A stretch of DNA of 64,000 nt from Patescibacteria group bacterium (GTDB taxonomy: Bacteria; Patescibacteriota; Patescibacteriia; Patescibacteriales; UBA12465): positions 1,664 to 65,663 of the forward strand of contig JALNZW010000003.1 in assembly GCA_023229115.1 (NCBI GenBank). Direction: 5' to 3'. The position numbers and the translations under genes were made by a program. Of the stretch, positions 38,718-48,277 are shown piece after piece (positions within the stretch are counted from its first letter, which is position 1; the number at the start of each line of letters is the position of its first letter). The notes below the pieces were generated by a model. That model was given only the letters and a program-made list of their open reading frames with translations, had not been told where the DNA came from and did no database searches.

Positions 38718-39242
38718 TTAACCAACTTTTCTTCTAAAAACTTTGTTAGCAAAACTTTTATTAGAAGATTTAACATCACCTTTCACATTTTTATCTATAT
38801 CTTTATCTATCTTATCATCTTTTTTTGTTTTTTTAGCCTCCTTAGCAACTTCATCTAATTTGACTGGTGCTTCCACTTTTACTTTTTTAGCTTCTTTTTT
38901 ACCACTATCAACTATTTCAGATAAAGTAATTGCTATGTGACTCATTTTTTTTCTTAAAATAGTAGCTCGACCATGAGCTCTTGGTAACCATCTCTTAAGA
39001 ACACGTCCCTCATCAACCTTAATTTCTTTAATAACTAAATTATTTCTATCTAAATCATAATTATTAATAGCATTAGCAACAGCTGATTCTAATAATTTTA
39101 GCATTGGTTTAGCTGATTTTTTATTTAAAAATTTCAATTGATTAGCAGCTTTATTAACATCCAAACCACGGACTAAACCGGAAACCAATCTGGCTTTTCT
39201 TGGAGCTACTCTTAAATGTTTTAAACTGGCTCTAACTTCCAT
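38718..39242 (-). CDS. rplV: 50S ribosomal protein L22 with C-terminal extension
   Basis: APRKARLV, PRAHGRA. Confidence 0.96.
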   Translation of the reverse strand: MEVRASLKHLRVAPRKARLVSGLVRGLDVNKAANQLKFLNKKSAKPMLKLLESAVANAINNYDLDRNNLVIKEIKVDEGRVLKRWLPRAHGRATILRKKMSHIAITLSEIVDSGKKEAKKVKVEAPVKLDEVAKEAKKTKKDDKIDKDIDKNVKGDVKSSNKSFANKVFRRKVG

Positions 39243-39270
39243 ATTTTTAATATATTATGATATTAGTTAA

Positions 39271-39558
39271 TTATTTTTTTACCTGAGATTGGGCTTTTGC
39301 CATTTTTCCTCCATGTCCAACAAATTTTTTAGTAATCGAAAACTCTCCCAACTTATGACCAACCATATTTTCTACAATATAAACAGGAACATGTTGTTTT
39401 CCGTTGTGGACTCCAATAGTTTTACCAACCATTTCTGGGGTTATCGAACAAGCTCTGTCCCAAACCTTAATAACAGTTTTATCTTCTGGAGACATAGCTT
39501 TTATTTTTGCCAATATTCTTTGGTTAACGTATGGTCCTTTTTTTAAACTTCTTGCCAT
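39271..39558 (-). CDS. rpsS: 30S ribosomal protein S19
   Basis: [16 protein letters not shown]. Confidence 0.97.
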   Translation of the reverse strand: MARSLKKGPYVNQRILAKIKAMSPEDKTVIKVWDRACSITPEMVGKTIGVHNGKQHVPVYIVENMVGHKLGEFSITKKFVGHGGKMAKAQSQVKK

Positions 39559-39578
39559 AATATTATAGTTAAATTATT

Positions 39579-40424
39579 TTATTTCTTCTTTTTAGAAGGT
39601 CTTCTTTTAACAATCAATTTGTTAGATCTTCTTTTCTTTCTAGTTTTTACACCCAATGCTGGTTTACCCCATTTTGTTTTTGGTCCTTTAAGACCAATGG
39701 ATTGTTTTCCTTCTCCACCACCATGAGGATGATCATTAGGATTCATAGCTGTACCTCTAACTGTTGGTCTTATTCCTAAAAGTCTTTTTCTACCAGCTGA
39801 ACCAATTTTAATATGCATCTTGTCTGGGTTACTAACTTGCCCAACAGTACAAAGAGCCTCCTTTTTAATCAAACGAATTTCTCCTGATGGCATTTTAACT
39901 TGAGCATACTTACCTTCAATGCCCATGACAGCGACTGCGTTTCCAGCTCCTCTGGCAATTTTAGCACCCATCCCTGGTTCTATTTCAATATTATGAACAG
40001 AAATACCAGCTGGTATAAATTTAAGAGGCATAGCATTACCTGCTTTTATTTCAACTAACTCTTTAGAGCTAATAATTTTATCACCAACCTTCAGACCAAC
40101 TGGAGCTACAATATATTTTTTATCACCATCAAGATAAGAAACTAGAGCAATACGAGAACCTCTGTTTGGATCATATTCAATAGTTTTTACGACTGCTGGG
40201 ATATTAAATTTATCTCTTTTAAAATCAATCAATCTAATATATCTTTTTACACCACCACCACGGTGTCTAACTGTAATTTTTCCCTGATTATTTCTTCCAC
40301 CTTTCTTCTTCTTTATTTTTAAAAGTCTCTTTTCAGGAGATGCTTCACGAGAAATATCTGAAAAATCATCGTAGGTAGCATGACGTCTCTTTGGTGTATT
40401 TGGTTTTGTTTTTTTTATAGCCAT
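39579..40424 (-). CDS. rplB: 50S ribosomal protein L2
   Basis: GRNNQG, EYDPNR, MNPNDHPHGGGEG. Confidence 0.98.
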   Translation of the reverse strand: MAIKKTKPNTPKRRHATYDDFSDISREASPEKRLLKIKKKKGGRNNQGKITVRHRGGGVKRYIRLIDFKRDKFNIPAVVKTIEYDPNRGSRIALVSYLDGDKKYIVAPVGLKVGDKIISSKELVEIKAGNAMPLKFIPAGISVHNIEIEPGMGAKIARGAGNAVAVMGIEGKYAQVKMPSGEIRLIKKEALCTVGQVSNPDKMHIKIGSAGRKRLLGIRPTVRGTAMNPNDHPHGGGEGKQSIGLKGPKTKWGKPALGVKTRKKRRSNKLIVKRRPSKKKK

Positions 40425-40446
40425 ATCCTTAATAAATTATATTATT

Positions 40447-40902
40447 TTAAACTCCTTCGTAAATTGATATAGAATCACCTTTTTTAAGACTAACTAAAGC
40501 TTTTTTAAAATCTTTCCTCTTTCCAGTGATTTTACCTCTACTAACAACCTTTCCTTTGACCTTAATAATATTAACCTTTTCCGGTTTTACACCATAAACC
40601 TCAAAAATAGCCTTGGCTACATCTATTTTATTAGCTGAATCAGAAACGACAAAAGCATACTGATTTAGAGAGCCAAGATTAGCAGCCTTTTCTGTTACCA
40701 AAGGTTTAACCAAGATTCTATAAGCCACTGAATTTTTAACTCCTTTTTTAGAAGTCTTGTCAGTACCTTCACTATAAAGATCCTTCATTGACTTTTCTTC
40801 TTTAGCCACCTCTTTTTTAGCTTTTTTTTCTTTATTTAAATCAATAGTCTCTTTCTCTTGACCTTCAGAATCATTTGTTTTTTTAGCAGTAAATATTCCC
40901 AT
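40447..40902 (-). CDS. rplW: 50S ribosomal protein L23 with N-terminal extension
   Basis: PLVTEKA, KKALVSL. Confidence 0.94.
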   Translation of the reverse strand: MGIFTAKKTNDSEGQEKETIDLNKEKKAKKEVAKEEKSMKDLYSEGTDKTSKKGVKNSVAYRILVKPLVTEKAANLGSLNQYAFVVSDSANKIDVAKAIFEVYGVKPEKVNIIKVKGKVVSRGKITGKRKDFKKALVSLKKGDSISIYEGV

Positions 40903-40921
40903 ATTTTTAAAAAAAATTTAA

Positions 40922-41584
40922 TTATTCTTTTGAGTATCTTTCGTTAATTTTTTTAATAGCAGATTCTGAAATTAACAAATTTCTATTTTTTAATAAATCA
41001 ACAATATTAATATTTTCCAAATTAATCATTTCAACCCCGGATAAATTACGTCCAGAATTAAGAACTTTAACATCTTTACTATCATTTATAAACAAAACAC
41101 TTCTTCTTCCTTTTGGATCGAATCCATTAAAGTTTTTTTCTATTTTCTTTAAAGAATCATTAAAAAGTTTAGTTTTAAATTCAGCCATTTCAACCTTGTC
41201 AACAACTAATAAATTATTATTTTTAACTCTATCAGAAAAAACCATCATTAAAGCTTTTTGCTTCATTTTTTTATTAATCTTTTTAGAAAAATTACGATCT
41301 TTTCTGGGACCAAAAGTGACTCCACCACCAACCCAGATAGGAGATCTGCTAGAACCAGCTCTAGCTCTACCTGTTCCTTTTTGTTTCCATGGTTTTTTAC
41401 CTCCACCACGAACCTCAGATTTTGTCTTAGTGTGTGCTAAGACTTGTCTTTCGTTAGCTGTTTGAGCAACCATTGCCTGGTGAACCAAGTCATTATTAAC
41501 CTCCAAAGCAAAAACCTTATCAGAAAGCTTTAGTTCTCCTGTTTGTTCACCATTTTGATTGTATATATTTACTTTAACAGACAT
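40922..41584 (-). CDS. rplD: 50S ribosomal protein L4
   Basis: EVRGGGKKPWKQKGTGRAR. Confidence 0.97.
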   Translation of the reverse strand: MSVKVNIYNQNGEQTGELKLSDKVFALEVNNDLVHQAMVAQTANERQVLAHTKTKSEVRGGGKKPWKQKGTGRARAGSSRSPIWVGGGVTFGPRKDRNFSKKINKKMKQKALMMVFSDRVKNNNLLVVDKVEMAEFKTKLFNDSLKKIEKNFNGFDPKGRRSVLFINDSKDVKVLNSGRNLSGVEMINLENINIVDLLKNRNLLISESAIKKINERYSKE

Positions 41585-41622
41585 AAGATTTATATCAAAT
41601 TTATTTTATTAAATGTTTAGAC

Positions 41623-42468
41623 TTACTTCTCGCTTGAGTCTTCTTTTTTTTCTTCAACTTTCTCTTCAGCCTTTTCCTCAACTTTCTCCTCGACTTTTTC
41701 TTCTTTTTTTTCTTCAACTTTTTCGGCAATCTTTTCTTCAGTCTTTTCTTCAGTCTTGTTTTCTACTTCTTCTGTTTTATTTTCAACAAGCTCTTCTTTT
41801 TTTTCTTTTACTTTTTCTGTTTTAACGCTGTCTTTAACAAGCAATTCACCTTCTCCCTTGATAATCACTAAAGAATTTGTAGCTCCAGGAACAGCTCCTT
41901 TTACAAAGATTACATTATTTTCTAAATCAATATCAACAATTTCCATATTTTTAGTAGTAATTCTGTCACCACCCATTCTTCCACCCATTTTAGTTCCTTT
42001 AAAAACATGGGCTGGACCTTTTGGGCCAACAGAACCAGAGGCTCTTAATTGATCTTTATTACCATGAGTCTTCTTAGAACCAGAAAAACCATGTCTTCTA
42101 ACAACACCCTGGAATCCTTTTCCCTTTGAAGTTCCTGTAACATCAACAATATCGCCGCCAGTAAAAGTAGAGACATCAATCATTTTACCAATTTCTATAT
42201 TTGAATTATCTTCTTTTAATCTAAATTCTCTTAAATATCTAACATCCTCACGACCCAAAGCTTTCTTCACATGACCTTTAACTGATTTGGAAATATTTTT
42301 AGACCTTCTTTCTCCATAAGAAATCTGAACAGCTTTATAAGAATCGCTCTTATCATTTTTAATTTGAGTAACAAAACAAGGACCAGCCTGAACAAGAGTA
42401 CAAGGAATAACTTTATCCCCTTGCCAAATCTGAGTCATTTTCATTTTTTTCCCTAGTATAAATTTCAT
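41623..42468 (-). CDS. rplC: 50S ribosomal protein L3 with (V/T/A)EEK-repeat tail
   Basis: GTSKGKGFQG, MGGRMG, KGAVPG. Confidence 0.97.
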   Translation of the reverse strand: MKFILGKKMKMTQIWQGDKVIPCTLVQAGPCFVTQIKNDKSDSYKAVQISYGERRSKNISKSVKGHVKKALGREDVRYLREFRLKEDNSNIEIGKMIDVSTFTGGDIVDVTGTSKGKGFQGVVRRHGFSGSKKTHGNKDQLRASGSVGPKGPAHVFKGTKMGGRMGGDRITTKNMEIVDIDLENNVIFVKGAVPGATNSLVIIKGEGELLVKDSVKTEKVKEKKEELVENKTEEVENKTEEKTEEKIAEKVEEKKEEKVEEKVEEKAEEKVEEKKEDSSEK

Positions 42469-42740
42469 ATATATTAAAAAATTATCTAATAAAATAAAAA
42501 CTGGTTCTCAACAAAAACCAGTAGCGAAAACTTTATAATTCAAAGTATAAGCTTAAATTTGTTTTTGTTGAAAAAAATACCTCCTCTAAAAATGATTGAT
42601 AAATCTTTAGGGGACTTTCCTCTTATTTTTAAAAGAAGAGTTTCCGAAAAAATAAACAATCAATTAATTTCAATTTAATTTATTTTAAAAAAATACAAAA
42701 TAAACAAAACAATAGCCACTAACGTGGTATCAGTAACATT

Positions 42741-43094
42741 CTAATCCATTTTTATTTCTAAGTCAACCCCTGAAGGAAGAGATAAACTTGTCAAATCTTC
42801 AATGGTTTTAGCTGATGGTTCAATAATGTCAATTAGTCTTTTGTGTGTTCTCATTTCATACTGATCTCTAGCATTTTTATGCACAAAAGTTGAGCGATTA
42901 ACTGTATATTTCCTTTTTTCAGTAGGAAGTGGAACTGGACCTGAAACCTGGGCATCAGTTCTCAATGCTGTCTCAATAATGGTTTTAGACGCCTGATCAA
43001 TTATTTTGTGATCAAAAGCCTTAATCTTGATACGGATTTTGCTTTTTGATTCACCGCTCTCTTTCTTGACGTTCTTTTTTTTACTTTCAGCCAT
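42741..43094 (-). CDS. rpsJ: 30S ribosomal protein S10
   Basis: [24 protein letters not shown]. Confidence 0.97.
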   Translation of the reverse strand: MAESKKKNVKKESGESKSKIRIKIKAFDHKIIDQASKTIIETALRTDAQVSGPVPLPTEKRKYTVNRSTFVHKNARDQYEMRTHKRLIDIIEPSAKTIEDLTSLSLPSGVDLEIKMD

Positions 43095-43203
43095 ATGGAT
43101 TTACGATTAAATGTGCAACAATTTAAAAGATCTTTTCACTATACTGCACATCTTAATTTTATATTTTATTTTAAATTATAAATTATTTTAAATAAACATT
43201 ATA

Positions 43204-43230
43204 AGCTCGCCTAGTAAAGGCGAGCCTAAA
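43204..43230 (-). terminator. Hairpin/terminator after tuf
   Basis: GCTCGCCT-agta-AGGCGAGC type inverted repeat. Confidence 0.65.
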
Positions 43231-43233
43231 TAT

Positions 43234-44421
43234 TTACTTGATAATTTTAGCTACAACACCAGCTCCAACTGTTCTACCACCTTCACGAATAGCAAATCTT
43301 TGCTTTTCTTCAAGAGCGATAGGAGCAATTAATTTAACCTTTAAATTAACTGTATCGCCAGGCATAACCATTTCAACTCCTGCTGGTAATTCAATTTCAC
43401 CAGTTACATCAGTTGTTCTGATGTAGAATTGAGGTTTATAACCTTTGAAAAATGGTTTGTGTCTTCCACCTTCATCTTTACCTAAAATATAAACTTCAGC
43501 TTCAAATTCTGTATGAGGTGTAACTGTTCCTGGTTTTACCAAAACTTGACCTCTCTCTACTTCATCTTTTTTTGTACCTCTTAAAAGTAAACCAGCATTA
43601 TCACCAGCTTCACCTCTATCTAAAGATTTGTTAAACATTTCTACTCCAGTAATAGTTGTTTTCTTGGTATCCATTAAACCAACGATCTCAACTTCATCAC
43701 CAACATTGACAACACCTCTTTCAATTCTGCCTGTACAAACAGTACCTCTTCCTTCAATTGAGAAGATATCTTCAATCGGCATCAAAAATGATTTATCCAA
43801 ATCTCTCTCCGGAGTTGGAATATGATCATCTAAGGCTTTAAGTAAATCAGCAATTGGTTGTGCGTCTGGTCCTGTTGGATTTTCTAAAGCCTTCAAAGCA
43901 CTACCTCTAATGATCGGAGTTGCATCTCCAGGGAATTCATATTTCTTTAATAAATCCTTGATTTCCTCTTCGACTAAATCAATTAATTCTTTATCCTCCA
44001 CCAAGTCACATTTGTTCAAAAATACAACAATGTAAGGAACACCAACCTGACGAGCTAACAAGATATGCTCTCTAGTTTGAGGCATAGGTCCATCAGTGGC
44101 TGAAACCACTAAAATAGCACCGTCCATTTGAGCGGCACCAGTGATCATATTTTTAACGTAATCAGCGTGACCAGGACAATCAACGTGAGCATAATGTCTA
44201 GTTGCTGTTTCATACTCTTGGTGAGAAGTAGCAATTGTGATACCTCTTTGTTTCTCCTCAGGAGCATTGTCAATTTCATCAACTCCTCTTTGAGTTGCTT
44301 TCATACCTTGAGCATTAGCTACATTTAATATAGCTGCTGTCAAAGTTGTCTTCCCATGATCAACGTGACCAATTGTTCCAACGTTGACATGAGACTTACT
44401 GCGTTCAAATTTGTCTGCCAT
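43234..44421 (-). CDS. tuf: Elongation factor Tu
   Basis: [21 protein letters not shown]; likely start ATG 44421 (MADKFERSK). Confidence 0.98.
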   Translation of the reverse strand: MADKFERSKSHVNVGTIGHVDHGKTTLTAAILNVANAQGMKATQRGVDEIDNAPEEKQRGITIATSHQEYETATRHYAHVDCPGHADYVKNMITGAAQMDGAILVVSATDGPMPQTREHILLARQVGVPYIVVFLNKCDLVEDKELIDLVEEEIKDLLKKYEFPGDATPIIRGSALKALENPTGPDAQPIADLLKALDDHIPTPERDLDKSFLMPIEDIFSIEGRGTVCTGRIERGVVNVGDEVEIVGLMDTKKTTITGVEMFNKSLDRGEAGDNAGLLLRGTKKDEVERGQVLVKPGTVTPHTEFEAEVYILGKDEGGRHKPFFKGYKPQFYIRTTDVTGEIELPAGVEMVMPGDTVNLKVKLIAPIALEEKQRFAIREGGRTVGAGVVAKIIK

Positions 44422-44430
44422 TTTTTTTGA

Positions 44431-44480
44431 AAACACGACCTCCTTTCGGAGTTACTTGCCTCAAAGGCAACCAGCCGTTT
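44431..44480 (-). promoter_or_regulatory. Structured 5' leader of tuf (three-way junction)
   Basis: ACGGC/GTCGT outer stem enclosing TTGCCT-TTG-AGGCAA and CTCC-GAAA-GGAG hairpins. Confidence 0.5.
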
Positions 44481-44562
44481 ACATTAATTATTAATAAATT
44501 TATTTTATAAACAAGCAAAAATAGCTAAAAAAATTAACTATTTTTAATTTGTTTTATTCAAT

Positions 44563-44832
44563 TTAATTTTCAGCCTCTTCTCTAATTTGCGGTGGAATCT
44601 TCCAATTACTCGAACCTTTTCCGTTTTCATTAACACCATTTTCATCTCCCTTGATATTATCAATATTTTTTTTCTCTGTCAAGCCTTTTTCCTGACTAAT
44701 ATTAATTAAGCCTTCATATTGATCCAGGCTCATCAAAACAAAAGAATCCTCTGGCTCACTATTATCAAAAACAATAATACGATCCCCTGTTTTTTTTGAT
44801 AAACTTATAACTTGTTTTAATTGTTTAGACAT
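44563..44832 (-). CDS. Hypothetical protein
   Basis: 89-aa ORF; KKTGDRIIV..FVLMSLDQYE resembles Phd/YefM-like N-terminal fold (weak). Confidence 0.6.
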   Translation of the reverse strand: MSKQLKQVISLSKKTGDRIIVFDNSEPEDSFVLMSLDQYEGLINISQEKGLTEKKNIDNIKGDENGVNENGKGSSNWKIPPQIREEAEN

Positions 44833-44893
44833 AAAATAACATTTTAATTATAACTAAGTATTATAATTAAAAATTAAATTATGTCAATAAAGA

Positions 44894-45904
44894 TTAGTTT
44901 GGATAATAACAAGTATTGCCCATTTCATATAAAAAACTTATTTCATCTAGAGACAATTCCCGGTTAAAAAACATAATCTCATCAATTGGTCCCAAAAAAT
45001 AATAACCATCAAACCTTCTTCCAATAAAATCAATTAATATATTACTTGAATTATTTCCAGAATAAGAGGTCCCAATCTTAACTCCGTTAATATAAAAATC
45101 AAAATTATAACTATCTGTTTTTACAACAACCAAATGAACAAATTCATTTACCTTAGACCAATTAACGCCAGTATAGCCTGATCCAACCTGAAAGGCTAAA
45201 AATTCTGTACCATTATAACGAATACCAGCAGTACGAGAAGAGTCACCTATGAAATATCTAGTAGTAGAAACATTATTGAGATTAATCCAAAGAGATAGGC
45301 TTGTGCCAACAGAAAACTCTATTGGAGAATTCAAGGTTATGTAATTGCTAGAACCATCAAAATTAAAAGCTTGCCCAAACCTACCATCAACATAAGTGGC
45401 TCCAGTAAAAACACCATCATAATTTCCTAAATAATCATTAGCATTTTCTTCCGCCTGTAAATAGGCTATTAAATCAGAAGGACAGCAAGGACTATCTATT
45501 ATGTTTTCATTTACTGCACAATTATAACCAGAATCAAAATCATCCAAATTGCCCTCTAACTCAAAAGAAAGGGAATATTTTCCACTGTCTTGATAATGAT
45601 TATAAATAACATTATCAGGAATCTTATCATAAAAAACAACACCCGAAGGGCTAACTAATTGTTCACCGTAATTAAAATTTTGATTATCAGGATATTCACC
45701 TTCTACCATTTTATAAGACTCTAGAGCTAATCTTAACTCTGAAATATTACTTAAAACCTTTTTGTCCCTAGCTGATCTTCTAATAACACTAACTGAAGCG
45801 ATAGCCACGGTTGTCACTAATGAAATTATTAAAACAACCACCATGAGTTCTGTAAAAGTAAAAGCAGTTAATAAATTTTTTCTATTTTTTTTAAAAACAA
45901 ACAT
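44894..45904 (-). CDS. Prepilin-type N-terminal protein with LamG domain
   Basis: AFTFTELMVV prepilin motif; FNFDGSSNY, FVHLVV, YINGV, GPIDEIMFFNRELS. Confidence 0.85.
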   Translation of the reverse strand: MFVFKKNRKNLLTAFTFTELMVVVLIISLVTTVAIASVSVIRRSARDKKVLSNISELRLALESYKMVEGEYPDNQNFNYGEQLVSPSGVVFYDKIPDNVIYNHYQDSGKYSLSFELEGNLDDFDSGYNCAVNENIIDSPCCPSDLIAYLQAEENANDYLGNYDGVFTGATYVDGRFGQAFNFDGSSNYITLNSPIEFSVGTSLSLWINLNNVSTTRYFIGDSSRTAGIRYNGTEFLAFQVGSGYTGVNWSKVNEFVHLVVVKTDSYNFDFYINGVKIGTSYSGNNSSNILIDFIGRRFDGYYFLGPIDEIMFFNRELSLDEISFLYEMGNTCYYPN

Positions 45905-45930
45905 AAATATTTGTAAATTATAAATTATTA

Positions 45931-47004
45931 TTATAAAACACTATCCACCCACATAGGACAAGACGTCGGACAATCAGGTAATAAAGAAGCATTGTTTTTA
46001 TTAATAGAATAATCCAAAACAGAACACCCAGAACCATCATCCATTAACCATCGAACGAGCAGATCGTTACTTGATATTTTTCTTCCTTCATGTAAAGAAA
46101 CTATTTCCTCAAGAGTTAGAGCTCTTCTGTAAATTCGAGCATCATAAATATAGCCTTTAAAATAGTTAGAAATGCCAGCTGTGTATACACCTCTATAACC
46201 AGAAGTTATCGGTCTATTTATTGAATTAACCAAATTAATACTATAGGTTCTCTCTCCAACTTTAACACCATCCAAATAAGCAAAAAACTTTTTATTAGAA
46301 AAATCATGAACAATAGTTGCTAAATACCACTGATTTCTAGGGACATAAGAATCAAAGCTAACACAAAAAGCAAGGCTATCTCCATAAGTACAAACTCTGT
46401 TAGCATAAAGATGAAATCCGAAAAGATACTGCTGACCAACACCTATAACCGTTTGCCAATTCATTAAATCTTGGTTATCAACATATACCCAAGCACTAGC
46501 TGAGTAATCACCGGAATTAATATTAAAATCAACGTTTTGACTGGAGGATAAACAATCATCGACTCCATCAAATTTAAGATAATTACTACTTAGATCAGGT
46601 ATAATGTCTTTGTTTGTAATCCCTTCAGGTGTTGCTAAGTTTAAACCTTCACTCAATTGATCTGAATTATTTTCTAGTTCAAATTCTAGCTCATAATAAT
46701 CGTCTCCAAATAATAAATATGAAAAATCACCCGGCATTTCATTTAAAAAAACCAAATTGGAAGAGCTTCCAATTAATTGATCACTCAAATTTAATTGTTC
46801 CGGATATTCCCCTTCAACGTTTTTATAATTTTCTAAAGCAATTTGAATTTGATTAACATCATTGATTTTTTTTAAGTCCCTACCCTTACTCCTGGAATTA
46901 GAAAGAGAAATCATCACTAAAGTAGAAATTAAGGCAACAATTAAAACAGCAACTAAAATCTCAACAAAGGTAAAGGCTTTCTTGTTTTTAAAAACATTAA
47001 TCAT
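45931..47004 (-). CDS. Prepilin-type N-terminal protein with LamG domain
   Basis: KAFTFVEILV; LKFDGVDD, WYLATIV, YLDGV, GYIYDARIYRRALT. Confidence 0.85.
   Translation of the reverse strand: MINVFKNKKAFTFVEILVAVLIVALISTLVMISLSNSRSKGRDLKKINDVNQIQIALENYKNVEGEYPEQLNLSDQLIGSSSNLVFLNEMPGDFSYLLFGDDYYELEFELENNSDQLSEGLNLATPEGITNKDIIPDLSSNYLKFDGVDDCLSSSQNVDFNINSGDYSASAWVYVDNQDLMNWQTVIGVGQQYLFGFHLYANRVCTYGDSLAFCVSFDSYVPRNQWYLATIVHDFSNKKFFAYLDGVKVGERTYSINLVNSINRPITSGYRGVYTAGISNYFKGYIYDARIYRRALTLEEIVSLHEGRKISSNDLLVRWLMDDGSGCSVLDYSINKNNASLLPDCPTSCPMWVDSVL
46811..46980. repeat. 170-bp direct repeat copy 1 (pilin N-terminus)
   Basis: About 9 mismatches by manual count versus 47996-48165. Confidence 0.9.
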
Positions 47005-47007
47005 ATT

Positions 47008-48195
47008 TTAGTAATTTTTGTAATATTTTTTAGTATTATCATACAAACTCAAAACTTCTTCAGCTGATAAAGCCTTATTAAAATACATAGCATCGTTTAT
47101 ACGACCTTGAAAATAAGATTCGGTAGTACTACCACCCTTACCTAAAAACATGGGCTTGTCAGTTCCTATATTCATAACGGTATTTTCGATTTCAGATATC
47201 AACTGACCATTCTTATAAAATCTACGAAAAGAACCATCATCAGTTAAAACAATAAAATGCCAACCATCGGGGTATTTACTTAGAATATAATCTTCTATGG
47301 GCCACCATTGCCTATCGATAGAATCAATTGAATTTTGACTAGCAATTTTACCAGAATAGAGGGCTAGCCCCCAACGACCCAAACTCAAACCAGTACCCCA
47401 CAACAATCCTCCTGAGCCCTGTGGCTTTGTACCATCTAGCCAAAGAGCTAAAGAATATTCTGTTTGTTTTGGCATTGTTGAAATATTAAAAAAATCATCA
47501 ACTCCATCAAAATAAACAAATCCATTGATCAATTTTGGCTGAAGATCAATATTTGTTTGAATTGCATTTTTTTTATTCAAAGAAAGATCATAAATCTCTC
47601 CAACCCCATCAACACTACTGCTGTCAATTTTTAAGCCACCATCAGATGATAAAAAAAGAATTAAATTTTCATAAATATTATTGTTTTGAAAATAATGGAA
47701 TAAGTTGTAGGTTTTATTTTCATTTAAAATAAAACCTCCACTACTAGAAACAAAACCTAAATAGTCTAAGCAATAATCTCGACAACAAGCTGATTCAAGA
47801 ATGCCATCAGCATTAGCACATTTAATTCCGGGAGAAAAATTTAAAGCAGTATTTTCAACTTCAAAACCTATGTCATAACTCAAAGTTAAAGTATTATAAT
47901 AATAATCAACTTTGTCTGGCACCTCACTTAAAAAAACCAAACCAGAAGAACTTCCAACTAACGATTCTCCTGGGATTAATTGTTCTGGGTATCGTCCTTC
48001 AACATTTTTATAATTTTCTAAAGCAACTTGAATTTGATTAACATCATTAATTCTTTTTAAATCTCTGCCCTTACTCCTGGAGTTAGAAAGAGAAATCATC
48101 ACTAAAGTAGAAATTAAGGCAACAATTAAAACAGCAACTAAAATCTCAACAAAGGTAAAAGCTTTTTTATTTCTTATAAACAAAAAATTATTCAT
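47008..48195 (-). CDS. Prepilin-type N-terminal protein with LamG domain
   Basis: Start likely MNNFLFIRNKKAFTFVE (ATG 48195); FDGVDD, WHFIV, YKNG, GRINDAMYFNKALS. Confidence 0.85.
   Translation of the reverse strand: MNNFLFIRNKKAFTFVEILVAVLIVALISTLVMISLSNSRSKGRDLKRINDVNQIQVALENYKNVEGRYPEQLIPGESLVGSSSGLVFLSEVPDKVDYYYNTLTLSYDIGFEVENTALNFSPGIKCANADGILESACCRDYCLDYLGFVSSSGGFILNENKTYNLFHYFQNNNIYENLILFLSSDGGLKIDSSSVDGVGEIYDLSLNKKNAIQTNIDLQPKLINGFVYFDGVDDFFNISTMPKQTEYSLALWLDGTKPQGSGGLLWGTGLSLGRWGLALYSGKIASQNSIDSIDRQWWPIEDYILSKYPDGWHFIVLTDDGSFRRFYKNGQLISEIENTVMNIGTDKPMFLGKGGSTTESYFQGRINDAMYFNKALSAEEVLSLYDNTKKYYKNY
47996..48165. repeat. 170-bp direct repeat copy 2 (pilin N-terminus)
   Basis: See 46811-46980; offset 1185 bp. 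Confidence 0.9.
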
Positions 48196-48232
48196 ACCAA
48201 AATTATAGCAAAAAAATATATATTTTAAAAAC

Positions 48233-48265
48233 AAAAAACGGAGCTTCAAACAGCTCCGTTTTTTT
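48233..48265. terminator. Terminator after fusA
   Basis: AAAAAACGGAGCT..AGCTCCGTTTTTT. Confidence 0.8.
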
Positions 48266-48277
48266 ATCTATAAAAAA

